A stretch of 64,000 nt of DNA from Gracilinanus agilis (GCF_016433145.1 NC_058134.1:30859587-30923586), one strand, 5' to 3'. Positions 13,215 to 26,893 are shown, counted from the first letter of the stretch. Translations and numbers: made by a program. Notes: generated from the sequence alone by a model not told the origin.

Positions 13215-13805
13215 CTGTGTGACCCTGGGCAAATCACTTGACCCCCATTGCCTACCCTTACAACTCTTCTGCCTTGGAGCCAATACACAGTATTGACTCT
13301 GACATGGGAATTGTGCAGAGATAGCAGGGACCCTGCACCCCTTAACTCAGACAGGCTGTGAACAGGGAAATTCCCTTCCCCCTTCCTGCCCTTGTGACTC
13401 CCAAGGCAAAGACCATTGTCCTTGGAATTCCTTTAAGTTGAGATAGAGAAAGAGATACACCTCCAGAATGTCCCTGAGGGTCTGGGACAGACCCTGCACC
13501 CACAGAATGCCTGAGTGCAAGGAGTCATGTGCACACTACGGAAAAGGATACAAAAGGGGGAGAACTGGGGTACTCGGGGGAGCCTCCCATGGCTGCTCCA
13601 CTCATGCTGTCTTGCTGGCCATTAATCCTATCTTACTTAACGAATCTTTCTTTTTACTTTTAAGCTAAGCTTGGAGTCCTCTCATTCTTGAGAATGGTTT
13701 CCTTCTGGAACCCAGGGGTTCACCAATTTGCACCCCTATAACAACTCCAAGATGGAAGGTAAGGGTTTCAAAAAAAAATATATATATATATATGTACATA
13801 TATAT
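13215..13805 (+). mobile_element. 5'-truncated SINE1_Mdo-type SINE (host of the LTR) with (TA)n tail
   Basis: Core TGTGTGACCCTGGGCAAATCACTTGACCCCCATTGCC; 14-bp TSD ATATATTTAATCAA at 13201-13214 and 13806-13819. Confidence 0.85.
13300..13743 (+). mobile_element. Solo ERV LTR (444 bp) nested in a SINE
   Basis: TG...CA termini; 4-bp TSD ACTC (13296-13299, 13744-13747). It splits the SINE word TATTGACTCCAAGATGGAAGG. TATA-like GATACAAAAG; degenerate polyA signal AACGAA at 13639-13644. Confidence 0.85.
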
Positions 13806-15182
13806 ATATATTTAATCAAGAGCTCGTGTCTTTCCACTTTATTTAGTACCTTAATCTAAATTCTAGTTTCAACCTTCCCATGTTGCAAAGAGAAACAATT
13901 AAGCAAAAACCATCAATCATGGAGACTTTGTCTCATAACATATACAATATTCTGTCCTAGGAGTCCCCAAACCTCTATGCTATATGGGAGACAGAAAATG
14001 GAATTACATTGAACTCTTAAGTTTTATATGGCTGTGAAATTAATGAATGCAGTGTTATAGGAATTTTGTTTTCCTTTTATTCAATTTTATTATGCTATTC
14101 CTTCTGGAACATTTGGCTACCTGAAACCTGTTTCCTGTTAATATTAACCTCATATGATTAAAATGTGACTCATGGAATAATAATAGTGAGGGAAGACTTT
14201 TGACATTCTTTAGATAAGAAGCGGAAGGAGAGAAAGAAGGGAATTTGGCATAAGAATTTTCCTGATGCCAAACCTTTGGTTGTCTTTGTGACATATAAAT
14301 CACTTCCCATCATTTAGCCTTCAGTGACTTCTTTAAAATGTAGGTTGGTAGTTTTCTATAACTTCTCAGTGCTTAAATCTGTGACATACGATTTACTAAA
14401 ATATGCTAACAATTCATACAACTTTAATTGAAGGAAGCATAAGATAACGAATGTGTTTGATTAGACCTTGTGACCTTTATAACTTTAGATCATAAAGATT
14501 GTTACATGTTAAAAAAATTATTTCTCTGTCACTGACATAATTTTCTCTATAAAGGCTTTGTCAGAAATTTTAGTCTTGGTTCAGGGTTATCTTTCTACTT
14601 CCTAACCCTAGAGTGAAGTATCATAAAACCTAGGTTTTCCCCTTAATAATATCTGTGTTGTGATAAGTTTATTTGGCAGTAGAAGTCTCCTTACTATATG
14701 GTTGCAAAGAGGAGATATTTTCCCATAATAGCAATACTGAGCTGAGTTAAGAGCAGTGTGGCTTTCTGTAATCAGAATGTGCCAGTCAGCCCTACTGACC
14801 CCTGCCCTGGTCAGCTCAAATCAGAAGTGAAATTTTCAGACTGAGGAAACAAGATTTAGGAAGAACATTGATGGGAGAGCAGTCCAGAGGGGAAAGGGCC
14901 TCACATGTATACTGATTAAAGACCAATTAATAATAGTAATAGCATTTATATACCTCTTTAAGGTTTGAAAAGTACATTATCTCATTTTGTTTGTCAGCTG
15001 CAGTATATTAATGATTCCTTCTCTACACTCCTGCGTCCCATCCCATTTTCTACTAACATTGTCACTCTTACATTTCTGACCCTTCTTCCCTCTTGCCTAA
15101 CCTATTTTAAAGGTCTAATTAGGTTTCTTCTGCTTTTAGTCATGGACCTCTTCAATTAATTTTTTACATCTCTGCTTTAAAA

Positions 15183-18100
15183 ATATTTTTTCTGTTTTTA
15201 AAAATTATTTTTATTTATTCCATTAAATATTTCATAATTACATGTAAAACACTTTTTAACAGATTTAAAATTTTTGAGTCCCAAATTCTCTCTTTCCCTC
15301 CTGCCTCTCTCCCCTCTTTGAGAAGGCAAAAATTTGACTTAAATTTTACATGTAAGGTCATGTAAAACATATTTCCATATTGATCATGTTGCAAAAGAAA
15401 ACACAAACAAAACAAAACAAAAATTTGGATAAAGACATTTTAAAAAGTATGTTTCAATCTACATTCAGAGTCCATCGGTTTCCCCTCTGGAAGTGAATAG
15501 CTTTTTCCACCATGGATCCTTTGGAATTATCTTGGAACATTGTTTTGGTCAGAGTAGTTAAGTCTTTCACAATTAATCATCCTTATGATGTGACTGTTAC
15601 TATGTACATTCTACTGGTTTTGCTCCCTTCACTTTGCATGAGCTCATAGAAGTCTTCCCAGGTTTTTCTGAAACTATCTTGTTCATCATTTCTAATAGTA
15701 CAATAATATTCCATCACAGTCAGAGAGCACAGCTTCTTCAGCCAATCCACGATTGATGGGCATCTTCTCAATGACCAATTCTTTGCCACCGCAAAAATAA
15801 CTGTTATAAATCATTTTGTGTATCTGTCCCCTTTTCCTTTGCTTTCTTTGGGAAACAAACCTAATAGCATTACTACTGGATCAAAGGGTATGCACAGTTT
15901 TAGAGACCTTTGGGTATAGTTCCAAATTCTCCTCCCAAATGGTTGCCACCTGGTGTCTCATTTCTTGTAATTTTCATTTCTCTAACAGTAATAATTTAGA
16001 GCATTTTTCTATTGGTGACTATTGATAGCTTGGATTTCTTTTTTGAAAACTGTTCATATCCTTTGATAATTTATTAAGTGGGGAATAGCTCTCATCTTTA
16101 TAAGTTTGGCTCAATTCCCTATATATTTAAAAAATGAGACTTTTATCAGAGAAACTTACAGCAAAATTATCTTGCCAATATCCTGTTTTCCTTCTAATTT
16201 GGTGCATTAGTTTTGTTTGTGCAAAAGTTTTTTAATTTTGTGTAATCAAAATGATCTATTTTAATTCCTGTGATCCTCTTTATCTCTTGTTTGGTAATAA
16301 ACTTTTCCCTTATCAATAGATATGACAGGTATATTTTTCCATACTCCTTTAATTTACTTATTTGATCATTTACATCTAAATCATTTATCCATTTTGACCT
16401 TATTTTGGTATATGATGTGAAATATCTATGCCTCATTTTTGTCATACTGCTTTCCAGGATTTTTTCAAATGATGAATTCTTTCCCCAAAAGTTTAGATCT
16501 CTGGGTTTATCAGACACTAGATTATTATGGTCATTTACTACTATGTATTGTGAACCTAATCTATTCCACTAATGTACTACTCTATTTCTTAGCCAATACC
16601 AGATTGTTTTGGTGATTACTGTTTTTAATATAGTTTGAAATCTGGAACTGTTAGTCTGTCTTCCTTCATATTTTTTTCCATCGATTCCCTTGATGTTCAT
16701 GACCTTTTGTTCTTCCAGATGAATTTTATTACTATTTTTTCTAACTCTATAAAATAATTCCATGGTAGTTTGATTAGTATAGCACCAAGTTAACTTAAAT
16801 ATAATTGTTATTTTTATTATATTGGTTCTGCCCACCCATTAGCAATTAACATTTCTCTAATTGGATCTGCATTTATGTGAAAAGTGATATGTAATTGTGT
16901 TCATAGAAAGTAGAAGGTTTGTCTTGGCAGCTAGACTCCCAAGTGTTTTATATTGTTTGTAGTTATTTTCAATAGAATTTCTCTTTCTGTCTCTTCCTGC
17001 TGGGTTTTGTTGGTATGAAAAAGAAACGATGATTCATGTGGATTTGTTTTATATCCTTCAACATTGCTGAAGTTGATCATTGTTTCACTTAGTTTTTTAG
17101 TTGATTCTCTAAGTATATCATCATATCATCTGCAAAAAAAAAATGATAGCTTTGTTTCCTTATCTATTTTTATTTCTTCAAAAAATTTTTTCTCATCTTT
17201 TTGCTATTGCTGGCATTCTTGGTACAATATTGATTGCTAGGGTGTAACCTCCATGCATGCTACAATAAACCGTCTTGGCAAATGGGCTAAACCAGGCTGC
17301 GGGGTACTGAAAGCCTGCAAACTTGTCAATGAGTTAGGAGAATGTCCACCCAAAGCACGCGAAGGCTTTCCTTGGAATAAGCAGATAAGAATGGCTTGTT
17401 CCAGGAGCCATGAAGGTAACTAAAGCAGGCACTGGAGAGTTTTTAAGCTTAGTCAAACATCAAAGCTGCCAAGATCACCCACTGCTTCCTCCGTCACTGC
17501 CAGTCACCCTAACTTTTGTCTTGCCACCAGACTTGAATGACTCTGGAAGAGAAAGTGAAGTTGACAACTTTGTGCAATTCTGCCTCACTTAAATTCAATT
17601 TATTCACAAGTCATGACATCACCTGTGATGTAATTGATCCTATTTAAAAATAAAGGACAAACAACAACAGTAGCAGAGTGAATAATAGTGGCCATAATGT
17701 TTATCCTTGCTTCACTCCTGATTTTATTGGGAAGGCTTCAAGTTCATCTCTGTTACAAATAATGCTTGCTCTTGGCTTCAGATGTATACTACTTATTTTT
17801 AAGAAAGGCTCCATTGATTTCTATTATTTCTAGTGTTTTTCATAGAAATGGGTGTTATAATTTGTCAAAGGCTTTTTTTGCATCTACTAATATAATAATA
17901 TGATTTTGACTGGTTTTGTTACTGATATGGTCAATTATGCTGATAGTTTTCCTAAAATTGAACCAGCCTTGAACTCCTGGTATAAATCTTACCTAGTCAT
18001 AGTGTATTGTATGTATGATCTTTGTGATTTATTGCTGCAATTTCCTTGCTAGTGTTTTATTTAATGTTTTTGTATCGACGTCCATTAAAGAAATTGGTTC

Positions 18101-19890
18101 ATATTTTCCTCTGCTTTTGTTCTTCCTGGTTTAGGTATCAAAACCATATTTGTGTCATTAATGGAATTGGATAGGACTCCTGGTTTGCTTATTTTTCCAG
18201 ATAATTTATATAGTTTTGTGACTGATTATTCCTTAAATGTTTGGTAGAAATCACTTGTGAATCCATCTGATATTGGGGCTTTTTTTCTTAGGGAGCTCAA
18301 TGATGACTTAATTTTTTCCTAAGACATAATATTATATTCTCTTTCCTCTTCTGTTAATCACAGAAATTTACATTTTTAAAAATATTCATCCTTTTCACTC
18401 AGATTGTCAGTTTTACTGGCATATCATTGGGCAAAATGACTCCTAAAAATTCTTTAATTTCATCTTCATGGTTGGTGCATCATTTTTGATACTAGTAATT
18501 TGGTTTTCTTTTTTTTAATCAAATTAAACAATGGTTTAATCTATTTTATTGGTTTCTTTTTCATAAAACCAACTCCTACTTTGACTTATTAGTCCAATGG
18601 ATTTTTTTTACTTTCAATTTTATTTAATTTTTTAAATCTCTTATTTTGTTTTCAGGATTTCCATTTCAGTGTTTAATTGGGGATTAAAAAAAATTTTTTT
18701 TAAGTTTCATGCTCAGTTCATTGATCTGCTCTTTCCCTCTTATTAATGTATACATTTAGAGATATACATTTTCCCAAAAGTACTGCTTTGGCTGCATTTC
18801 ACAAATTTTGGAATACTGTCTCACTGCTGTCATTCTCTTTAATGAAATTATTGTTTCTATGATTTCTCTTTGACCCATTGATGCCTTAGGATTAGATCAT
18901 TTAGTATCCCATTAGCTTTTAATCTATGCTTCCATGTCCATTTATTAAATGAAATTTTTATTGCATTATGGTCTGGAAAAGGTGAATTTAATATTTCTGC
19001 TTTTTTTTGCATTTGGTTGTGAGGTTCTTATGCCCTAATAAGTGGTCAGTTTTTGTGAAAGTTCCATGTACAGCTGAGAAAAATGTATACTACTTTTTTT
19101 CCCATTCACTTTTCTCCATAGATTTATCATTTACTAACCTTTTCTAAAATTCTATTGATCTCCTTGATTTCTTCCTTATTTGTTTTATGTTTACATTTAT
19201 CTAGTTCTGAGAGGGGTAAATTGAAGTCTCCCACTAGTATAGCTTTACTTTCTATTTTCTCCTGTAATTCAACTAACTTTTCTTTGGAAAAAAAAAAGAA
19301 TTCTAAGCTATTTGGTGCATATATGATTAGTACTAATATTATTTCATCGTCTATGGTTCCTTTTTGTAAGATGTGGTTTTTCTTCTTATCCTTTTAAATT
19401 AGAACTCTATTAATTTTTTGATCATAATTGCCATGCTTGCTTTTTAAATTTCAGGTGAAGCATAATATATTCTGCTCCAGCCCCTCATCTTAACTCTGTG
19501 TGTGTACATATTGTTGGATTCTGGTTTAGAATCTATTCTTCTATCCATGTCCATTTTATAGGTAAGTTCATCCTATACATATTCAGTTATGATTACTAAC
19601 TGTACATTTCCCTCTATCCTATTTCCTTCTGTTTATCCTTCTGTTTTTCTTCTGACTACTGTCTTCTTTTATTACCCTCCCTTTTATCACCACCTCCTTT
19701 TTTCTGATACTCTTTCCCTCCTATTTCCCTGATGAGTGAGATAGATTTCTGTTACCACTTGAATACATACACATGCACATATATATCTATATTTTTCCCT
19801 CTTAAAAATTAATTTAGATGTAAGATTTAAGCATTGCTTATCTCTATCATTTTCTCCTTCCACTATAAAAGCTCTTCCTTATATGCCTTA
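15183..19890 (-). mobile_element. Old marsupial L1 (3'UTR plus degraded ORF2)
   Basis: ORF remnants YFTSYTKIRSKWINDLDV (16194-16517), MGRTNIIKITI...KTVITKTIWYW (16569-16835) and AKNWSLRRCPSIVDWL...MEYY (15583-15789) match L1 ORF2 C-terminal motifs. Boundaries approximate. Confidence 0.85.
17240..17669 (+). mobile_element. RTE-related SINE (RTESINE/WALLSI-like) inserted in the L1
   Basis: Interrupts L1 ORF2; ends AAAGGACAAACAACAAC, the (CAA)n tail of RTE-mobilised marsupial SINEs. Family name from memory. Confidence 0.65.
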
Positions 19891-20426
19891 AAAATTTTTT
19901 TACTTTTTTTTCTCCAATAAAGTGTAAAAACAATAGTTAAATTCTCTCCTTCCTTTCAATCTCACTCCCTCCTACCCCTTTCTGAGATGGCAAGCAATCT
20001 GATATAGATTTTACATGTAAAACATTTTTCTATATTAGTCATTTTGTGGATGAGATCTTACATAGTAAAAAAGGACATATAGAAAGAAAATGAAAGATAG
20101 CATATTTCAGTTCACATTTATATTTCATCAGTTCTTTCTCAGAAGGCAGATAGCATTTTTCATAATGAGTTTCTGGGATTGTCAGTTCACTGCACTGCTG
20201 AGAATAACTAGGTCACAGACAGTTGTTCATCAAAAAACTATTGCTATCTTTGTGTGTGGTGTTCTTCTGGTTCTAGTCACTTCATTTTGCATCAATTCAT
20301 ATATTTCCAGATTTTCTCAAAATCATCCAGCTTGTCATTTCTTATAGCACAATGCTATTCCATCATAATCATATACAACGTGTTCAGTCATTCCCCAATT
20401 GATGGACAGATGTCTCTCTCTCTCTC

Positions 20427-20637
20427 TTTCTTTTTTTTTTTTTTAATCCTTACCTTCCATCTTAGAATCAATATTGGGTATTGTTACTAAAGCAGAAGAG
20501 CGGTAAGAACTAGGCAATGGGGGTGAAGTGACTTGCCCAGGGTCACCCAGCTGGGAAGTGTCTGAATCCAGATTTGAACCCAGGACCTCCTTTCTCTGGA
20601 CCTGGCTCTCAATCCACTGAGCCAACCTAGCTGTCCC
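20427..20637 (-). mobile_element. SINE1_Mdo-type SINE
   Basis: Poly-T followed by the full reverse-complement SINE consensus. Confidence 0.85.
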
Positions 20638-20899
20638 ACATGCCTCATTCAAGTAAGGTAATTTCCTCTATTCTTCTCCAACCCCCTTGCTCCCTGGACA
20701 TTCCTCCTTTTCACCTATCCATTTTCTAGTATCATTTCATCATAATTGATTTAATCCTGCAACTTCTTTCTTTCATTTTTGTATTAAAAAAAAAAGATTT
20801 AATTTTTTTCCCTGTGCAAGTTTTCAGTGAAATTTATCCAAGGATATCTTTGAGGATCCATAGAACCCAGTTTGAGAACTGCTGATCTATAGGAAAATT

Positions 20900-23800
20900 T
20901 TTTTCTCTTTTTAATTAAATTTTATTTTCCCCAATTACATGTAACAACAGTTTTCAACATTTTTCGAAAAATATTGTATCTTGAATTCTCTCCCACCCTT
21001 CCTTCCCTCCCCACCTGCCACCCATGTTGAGATGGTAAACAATCTTATATAGATTTTACTTATGCAATCATGTAAGACATTTCCCTCTTTTGTGGAAGGA
21101 GATACAAACAAAAACTTTAAGAATGAAAGTGAAAAAGTTTGCTTTGGTTTGGATTTAGACTGTCAATTCTTTTTCTCTGAAAACAGATGGCATTTTTCCC
21201 CACAAGTTCTTTGGGATAGTTTTGGATCATTGTATAGCTGAGAATAGCTGTTATTCATAGTTGTTCATTGTACAATATTCCTGTCTCTGTGTCCAATGTT
21301 CTCCTGGTTCTGCTGGTTTCACTCTGCTTCAGTTCACGGAAGACTTTCCATTTTTTTCTGAGCTCCTCCTGCTGGTCATTTCTTATAGCATAATAGTATT
21401 CCATTACAATCCTATACTATAAGTTATTCAGCCATTCCCCAATTGATTTTCTTTTTTTAATATAAATATTTTTCCATGGTTACATGATTCATGGACTCTC
21501 CCTCCCCGCCTTTCTCTCCCTTCCCTGAGTTGACAAGCAATTCTACTGGGCTCTACATGTATTATCACTCAAATCCTATTTCCATGTTATTCATTTTTGT
21601 AATAGAGTAATCTTTTAAAACCAAAACCCCAAATCATACACCCATATAAACAAGTGATAAATCATGTTTTCTCCTGCATTTCTACTCTCACAGTTCTTTC
21701 TCTCCATGTGGAGAGCATTCTTTCTCTTGGGATTGTCCTGGATCACTGCATTCCTATTAGCAGCAAAGTCGATCACATTTGATCATCCCATCATGTTTTA
21801 GTTACTGTGTACAAACTTCTCCTGGTTTTGCTCATTTCACTCCTCATCAGTTCTTGGAGGGTTTTCCAGTTCACATGGAATCCCTCCAGTTCATCATTCC
21901 TTACAGCACAATAGTATTCCATCATCATCAGATACCATGATGTGTTCAGCCATTCCCCAGTTGAGGGACACCCCCTCATTTTCCAATTTTTTGCCACTTC
22001 AAAAAGCACAGCTATAAATATTTTTGTACAAATAGGTCTATCTACATTTTTTTTATTCCATTTGGGGTACAAACTGAACAGTGGCATGGCTGGATCAAAG
22101 GGCAGGCAGTCTTTTAAAGCCCTTTGGGCATAGTTCCAAATTGCCTTCCAGAATGGTTGGATCAATTCATTAACTCCACCAGCAGTGTTATTAGTGTCCC
22201 AATTTTGCCACATTCTCTCTAACATTTATCATTCTCTTTTACTGTCCTATTGGCCAATCTGCTGGGTGTGAGGTGGTACCTCAGTTATTTTGATTTGCAT
22301 TTCTCTAATCAGTGGGGATTATCCTTTCACTTTCTAATTCTTTGCCCACCCCCACCCCCAAAAGAGCTGCTTTAAATATTTTTGCATATACAGGTCTTTC
22401 CCCTTCTTGTTTTTCATCTCTTTGGGATAAAAACCTAGTAAGGGTATTGCTGGGTTAAAGGGTATGTACTATTAATAACCCTTTGGGCATAAGTCCAAAT
22501 TGTTCTCCAGAATGGTTGAATCAGTTCACAGCTCCCCCAACAGGGCATTAGTGTCTCAACTTTCCCATATCCCTTCCAAGTATTGTCATTTTCCGTTTTT
22601 GTCATAATAGCCAATCTTAGAGGTGTGGGGTGGCATCTCAAAGTTGTTTTAATTTGCATTTCTCTAATTAATAATGATGTAGAGCATTTTTTGCATGACT
22701 AGAGAGAGCTTTAATTACTTTGTTTGAGAACTGCCTGTTTGTATACTTTAGCCATTTAACAATTGGGGAATGACTTGTATTCTTATATATTCAACTCATT
22801 TCTCTATGTATTTTGAAAAATGAGGCCTTTATTTGAGATTTGTAAAAAAAAAAATGCACCATTAGGATTACTGTGTATTCCTCTCCATACTATTTGCCCT
22901 GCTTGGTTTCTGACCTCCATCTCCTCCAATTTGTCCTCTTTTCTACCAGCTCTACTCCCCTTCTCTTATCCCCTTGCCCTCCTGCGTTCCTATAGGGTAA
23001 GATAGCTTTCTATACCCAATTTACTGTGTATGTTCTTTCCTGATTGAACTAATTCCAATGAGAGTAAGGTTCATGTATTCCCCTCTTCATTTCCCCCATC
23101 TTTCCCTCCACTGTAAAAGCTCTTTCTTCCGTCTTTTATGTGCAATTATTTAGCCCATTTTATTTTTCTTTCCTTCCTCCTCCTCCTCTTTCTCATGACT
23201 TAATTTAATTTAATATGATCCCATTATATTCAACTCACACCCTTGCCCTCTGGCTATGTATACTCCTTCTAACTACCCTAATAATGATAAAGTTTTTTTG
23301 TGTTACAAGAATCACCTCCCCATGTAGGGACATACACAGTTTAACTTTATTGAATGCTTTTTGATTTCTCTTTCCTGCTTACCTTTTCATGCTTCTCTTG
23401 AGTTTTATGTTTGAGTGTCACATTTTTCCATTCAGCTCTTATCTTTTCATAAGGAATGTTTGAAAATCTTCAATTTCATTGAATACCCATTTTTTCCTCC
23501 TGAAAGACTGTGTTCAGTTTTGCTGGGGGAAGTGATTTCTTAGTTGAAGTCCTAATTCCTTTGTCCTCTGGAGTATCACATTTCAGGCTGTCCAATCCTT
23601 TAAAGTAGAAGCTATTATGTTTTGTATTATCCCGACTGTGGCTCCATAATATTTTAATTGTTTCTTCTGGGCTACTCCCAATATTTTCTCCTTGACCTAG
23701 GAGTTCTGGAATTAGGCTATTCTATTCCTAGCAGTTATTTTTGGGGTATCTTTTTTAGGAAGTTATTGCTGGATTCTTTCCATTTCTATTTTCCTCTCTG

Positions 23801-26080
23801 GTTCTAGATTATTAGAACAATTTTCCTTTATAATTTCTTGAAAGATAATGTCTAAGGTCTTTTTTCCTTATATAATTCTTAAGATCCTTTGCTAGATTTA
23901 TTTTCCCAGGCAGTTTTTTCCCCCCAATAAGATATTTCACATTTCCTCTATTTTTTCATTCTTTTGACTTTGTTTGATTGTTTCTTGGTGTCTCATGTCA
24001 TTAGCTTGCTCAATTCTACTTTTTAAGACATGATTTTCTTGAGTGAGCTTTTTTACCTCCTTTTTCATTTGACCAGTTCTACTCTATAAAAAAGTTCTTT
24101 TCCTCAGTGAATTTTTGTACCTCTTTTTTCCATAGGATTAATTCTGTCTTTCAAGAAGTTCTTCTCTTAGTACATTTTTGACAATTCTGCTTTTAAAATA
24201 GTTCTTTTCTTTGGATTTTTTTGTTTCTCTTTTAACAGTTGGCCTATTTTGGTTTTTAAGGTATTAATTTATTCAGTATTTTTCTTTGCCAAGCTGTTCT
24301 CTTCATTTTTTTATGATTGTCCTGTATCATTTTTATTTCTTTTCCCAATTTTTCTTCTACCTCTCATATTTTATTTTTATTATTTTTTTAGCTCCTCCAT
24401 TAATTCTTTGTGGGCTTGAGAGCAATTCATATTTTTCTTACAGGTTTTGGATGCAGGAGTATTGGTTTTGTTGTCTTCTGAGTTTGCATTTTGGTCTTTT
24501 CTGTCACCAAAATAACTTTCTATGTTGAGTTTCTTTTTCTGTTGTTTCCTCATTTTCTAGCCATTTTCTTTTATTTTTATTTTAAAAAACTGTTAAATTT
24601 GTCCTTTGTACTTGTGGTGGAGAGAGTTCCAAGTGTCAGGTTCTTTGTGCAGCTGTCTTCAGAGCTGGCTCTGGGGATCTCTCTGCTTTCACGTCTTCAG
24701 AAATGGAATGATATAAGGAGAGCTGTGTTTAATACTCTCCTAGCCTGTGCTCTGGTCTGTGAGTAACCTCCAGAACTCTTTTCCCCTTTGGAACTGTTAC
24801 CAGGGACCCCTGTTCCCCTGTAGCTGTAAGCAGTGGTGTCTTCTAGTGATCCTCCTTGCCCGGAGATCATTCTCGTAGGCTGCAGCCTGGGTCTGCATTT
24901 GTGCAATATGACAAGAGTCTTGCACCCAGAGCCAGCGATGGGACCCCTATAATTTCCTTATGAACAACTGTCTGACCCCCTCCCCTTAGCGAATATGATT
25001 ATGAGCTCCAGAAGTCTTTGCTGCTGTTTCAGCTGTGCCCAAGGCCTGATGCTGTTGTGGGACATGCCCTGGCACACTGTGTTCCACCTCCACCCTGGTG
25101 CACTACATCAGTCATTCTGGCATTCCAAGTTGTTTTGTGCTAGAAAATTACCTCACCTTCTTTTGGTGGGTTAATACACCTAGCTGCCCTTGTTTTTTGC
25201 CCCTGTCTTTTCACATTTTTCTTCCTTTGCTTTCGATTTTTTACCTATTTTTTCTCTATCTTCTTTCATTTTGAAAATAATTTTTTAGCTTTTCTAGGAA
25301 TTCTTTTGGGCTTGTGTCTAATTCCCATCCTTTCTTGGAGGCTTTGCATGAAGCTGTTTTGGCTTGATTGTCTCCCAAGTTTATGTTATGATCTTCCTTG
25401 TTACCACCACATAGCCAGCTTTTGGTTGTTTGCTCATTTTTCCAGTTTTTTGATTTGGAACTTTATGATAACATTATACTCAGTTCCTGGCATGGGGTAG
25501 GGGTGGAGACTCTGTCCCAAACTTCAGACTTTTGCATACAGTTGTTTTCAGAGATAGTTCTGGGGTCATGGAAGTTTTTGGTCCTTCCAAGGTGGTGTGA
25601 TCTGGGGATAGGTGTGATCACTGTTCTCGTCTGCAGTCTGGTGCTCCCTAGGAAGGGCTCCTGATCCCTTGGGATTGCAATCGATACTGCTCCTTGGGGC
25701 CCCTTCTCCCTTGGCATGGGAGACAGACAGTGATACTGCTCCTCAGTTTCCACTCCCTCTTGACCAAAAGTGCTCCTATTTGTCCTTATGTTTTGACCCA
25801 GAAGTGGTTATAAGCAATAGAGAGGCCAATCTTGTCTAGTCCCACATCCAGTGCTAGCACCAAGGCTAGCACCTGGTCCCCTTTACTATCTCTTGGCTGC
25901 TGTTCCATCCAGGTGGGCTCCATGTTGGTCTCCCACTCTGTGCTACAGATCTTTCTTTTGGAAGCAGGTCTCACTCTGACCTTTTGTTGGGTCTGTTACT
26001 CCAGAATTTCATTGGAGGCATGATTTTAAAGTTGTTTGGAGGGGAATGTTGGGGGAGCTCAACTTTCTCTGCTCCCCCAT
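20900..26080 (-). mobile_element. Older L1 complex (3'UTR, ORF2 end, ORF1/5' region fragments)
   Basis: MQIKTTLRCHPTPLRLA...QPFWRTIW remnant (22435-22659), followed by T-rich ORF1-like antisense and a GC-richer 5'UTR-like segment. Boundaries approximate. Confidence 0.7.
21447..22315 (-). mobile_element. Younger L1 3' fragment nested in an older L1
   Basis: ORF 21791-22225 retains the L1 ORF2 C-terminus (QPFWKAIW...PFDPAMPL...CTKIFIAVLF..AKNW...MEYYCAV). The older L1 breaks at CCCCAATTGA (21446) and resumes at ~22320. Confidence 0.85.
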
Positions 26081-26148
26081 CTTGGCTTCACCCCAACAAG
26101 TCCCTTAAGAATCTTTTTTAATGCGTGGGTCTAAACATGTCATTAATA

Positions 26149-26219
26149 CAAGGTGTTCCCAAGTCTTAGCTATTAAACTATTGGAGCTTAAAAGTGCACC
26201 AGGACTTGAGGACACCCTG
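26149..26219. mobile_element. Tc1/mariner-type palindromic MITE (71 bp)
   Basis: TA at both sides (26147-48, 26220-21); TIRs CAAGGTGTTCCCAAGTC / CAGGGTGTCCTCAAGTC. Confidence 0.75.
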
Positions 26220-26509
26220 TACTAATGAAATGTAAATCTCTTAAGAGCAGGAACTATTTCAATATTTCTAAAAAAGGTACCTCTAGCACCCAGCCTAGAT
26301 CCTGGCACAAAGATGGCAGGAATTACTTAATAAATGATATTTGAATTAATGAACATCATTTCCCTGCTCTAAAAACCTGCAGGGGCTCCTTGTTGCCTCG
26401 AGAATAAAATGTGAACTCCTTAGCCTGGCACTGAGGGCTTCCAGAATTGGGCTCTGCCTGAACTTAACCTGACTTGACATTCCTACTCTTCCTGTACTCT
26501 GCTCCAGAC

Positions 26510-26699
26510 CAGAGGTGTCAAATGTGTTCTGAGTGCCGACAAAGCCAGATTAAAATGTAATCAGGAAATAATTGAATAAATGAAAATACAACAAAACATA
26601 GATCATATTACATTTTAAAGTTAAGTCAATATGTGGCAGGCAGAGAACCTCAAGTGCAGTTTTTTGAACCCCCATTTCAGTCTGTGTTTGATACCACTG
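26510..26699. mobile_element. hAT-Charlie-type MITE
   Basis: TIRs CAGAGGTGTCAAA / CAGTGGTATCAAA; degenerate 8-bp flanks CTCCAGAC / CACTAGCC resemble the NTCTAGAN target. Confidence 0.65.
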
Positions 26700-26711
26700 C
26701 ACTAGCCTGGA

Positions 26712-26893
26712 ACATCAAACTATTTGGTCTCAGGACCCCTTTACACTCTGAAAAGTCATTAAGAACTGCCCTCCCCCAAAGTTTTATCAATATTTACTGC
26801 ATTCGAAATGAAAATTTCTTAATATTTTATGAAAATTTTGACCTCACAGCCCCCATGTCTTAGAGGCCACACTTTTGAGAATGGTCCTAGATA
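26712..26893. mobile_element. Second hAT-Charlie-type MITE relic
   Basis: GGTCTCAGGACCCCTTTACACTC...TTTGAGAA resembles therian Charlie non-autonomous elements. Confidence 0.55.

Noticed and set aside
20205-20215. Perfect RORE/Rev-erb-type site TAACTAGGTCA upstream of the presumed NR1D2 neighbour
   Set aside because: A single 11-mer inside an L1-derived fragment, with no supporting cluster or conservation evidence.
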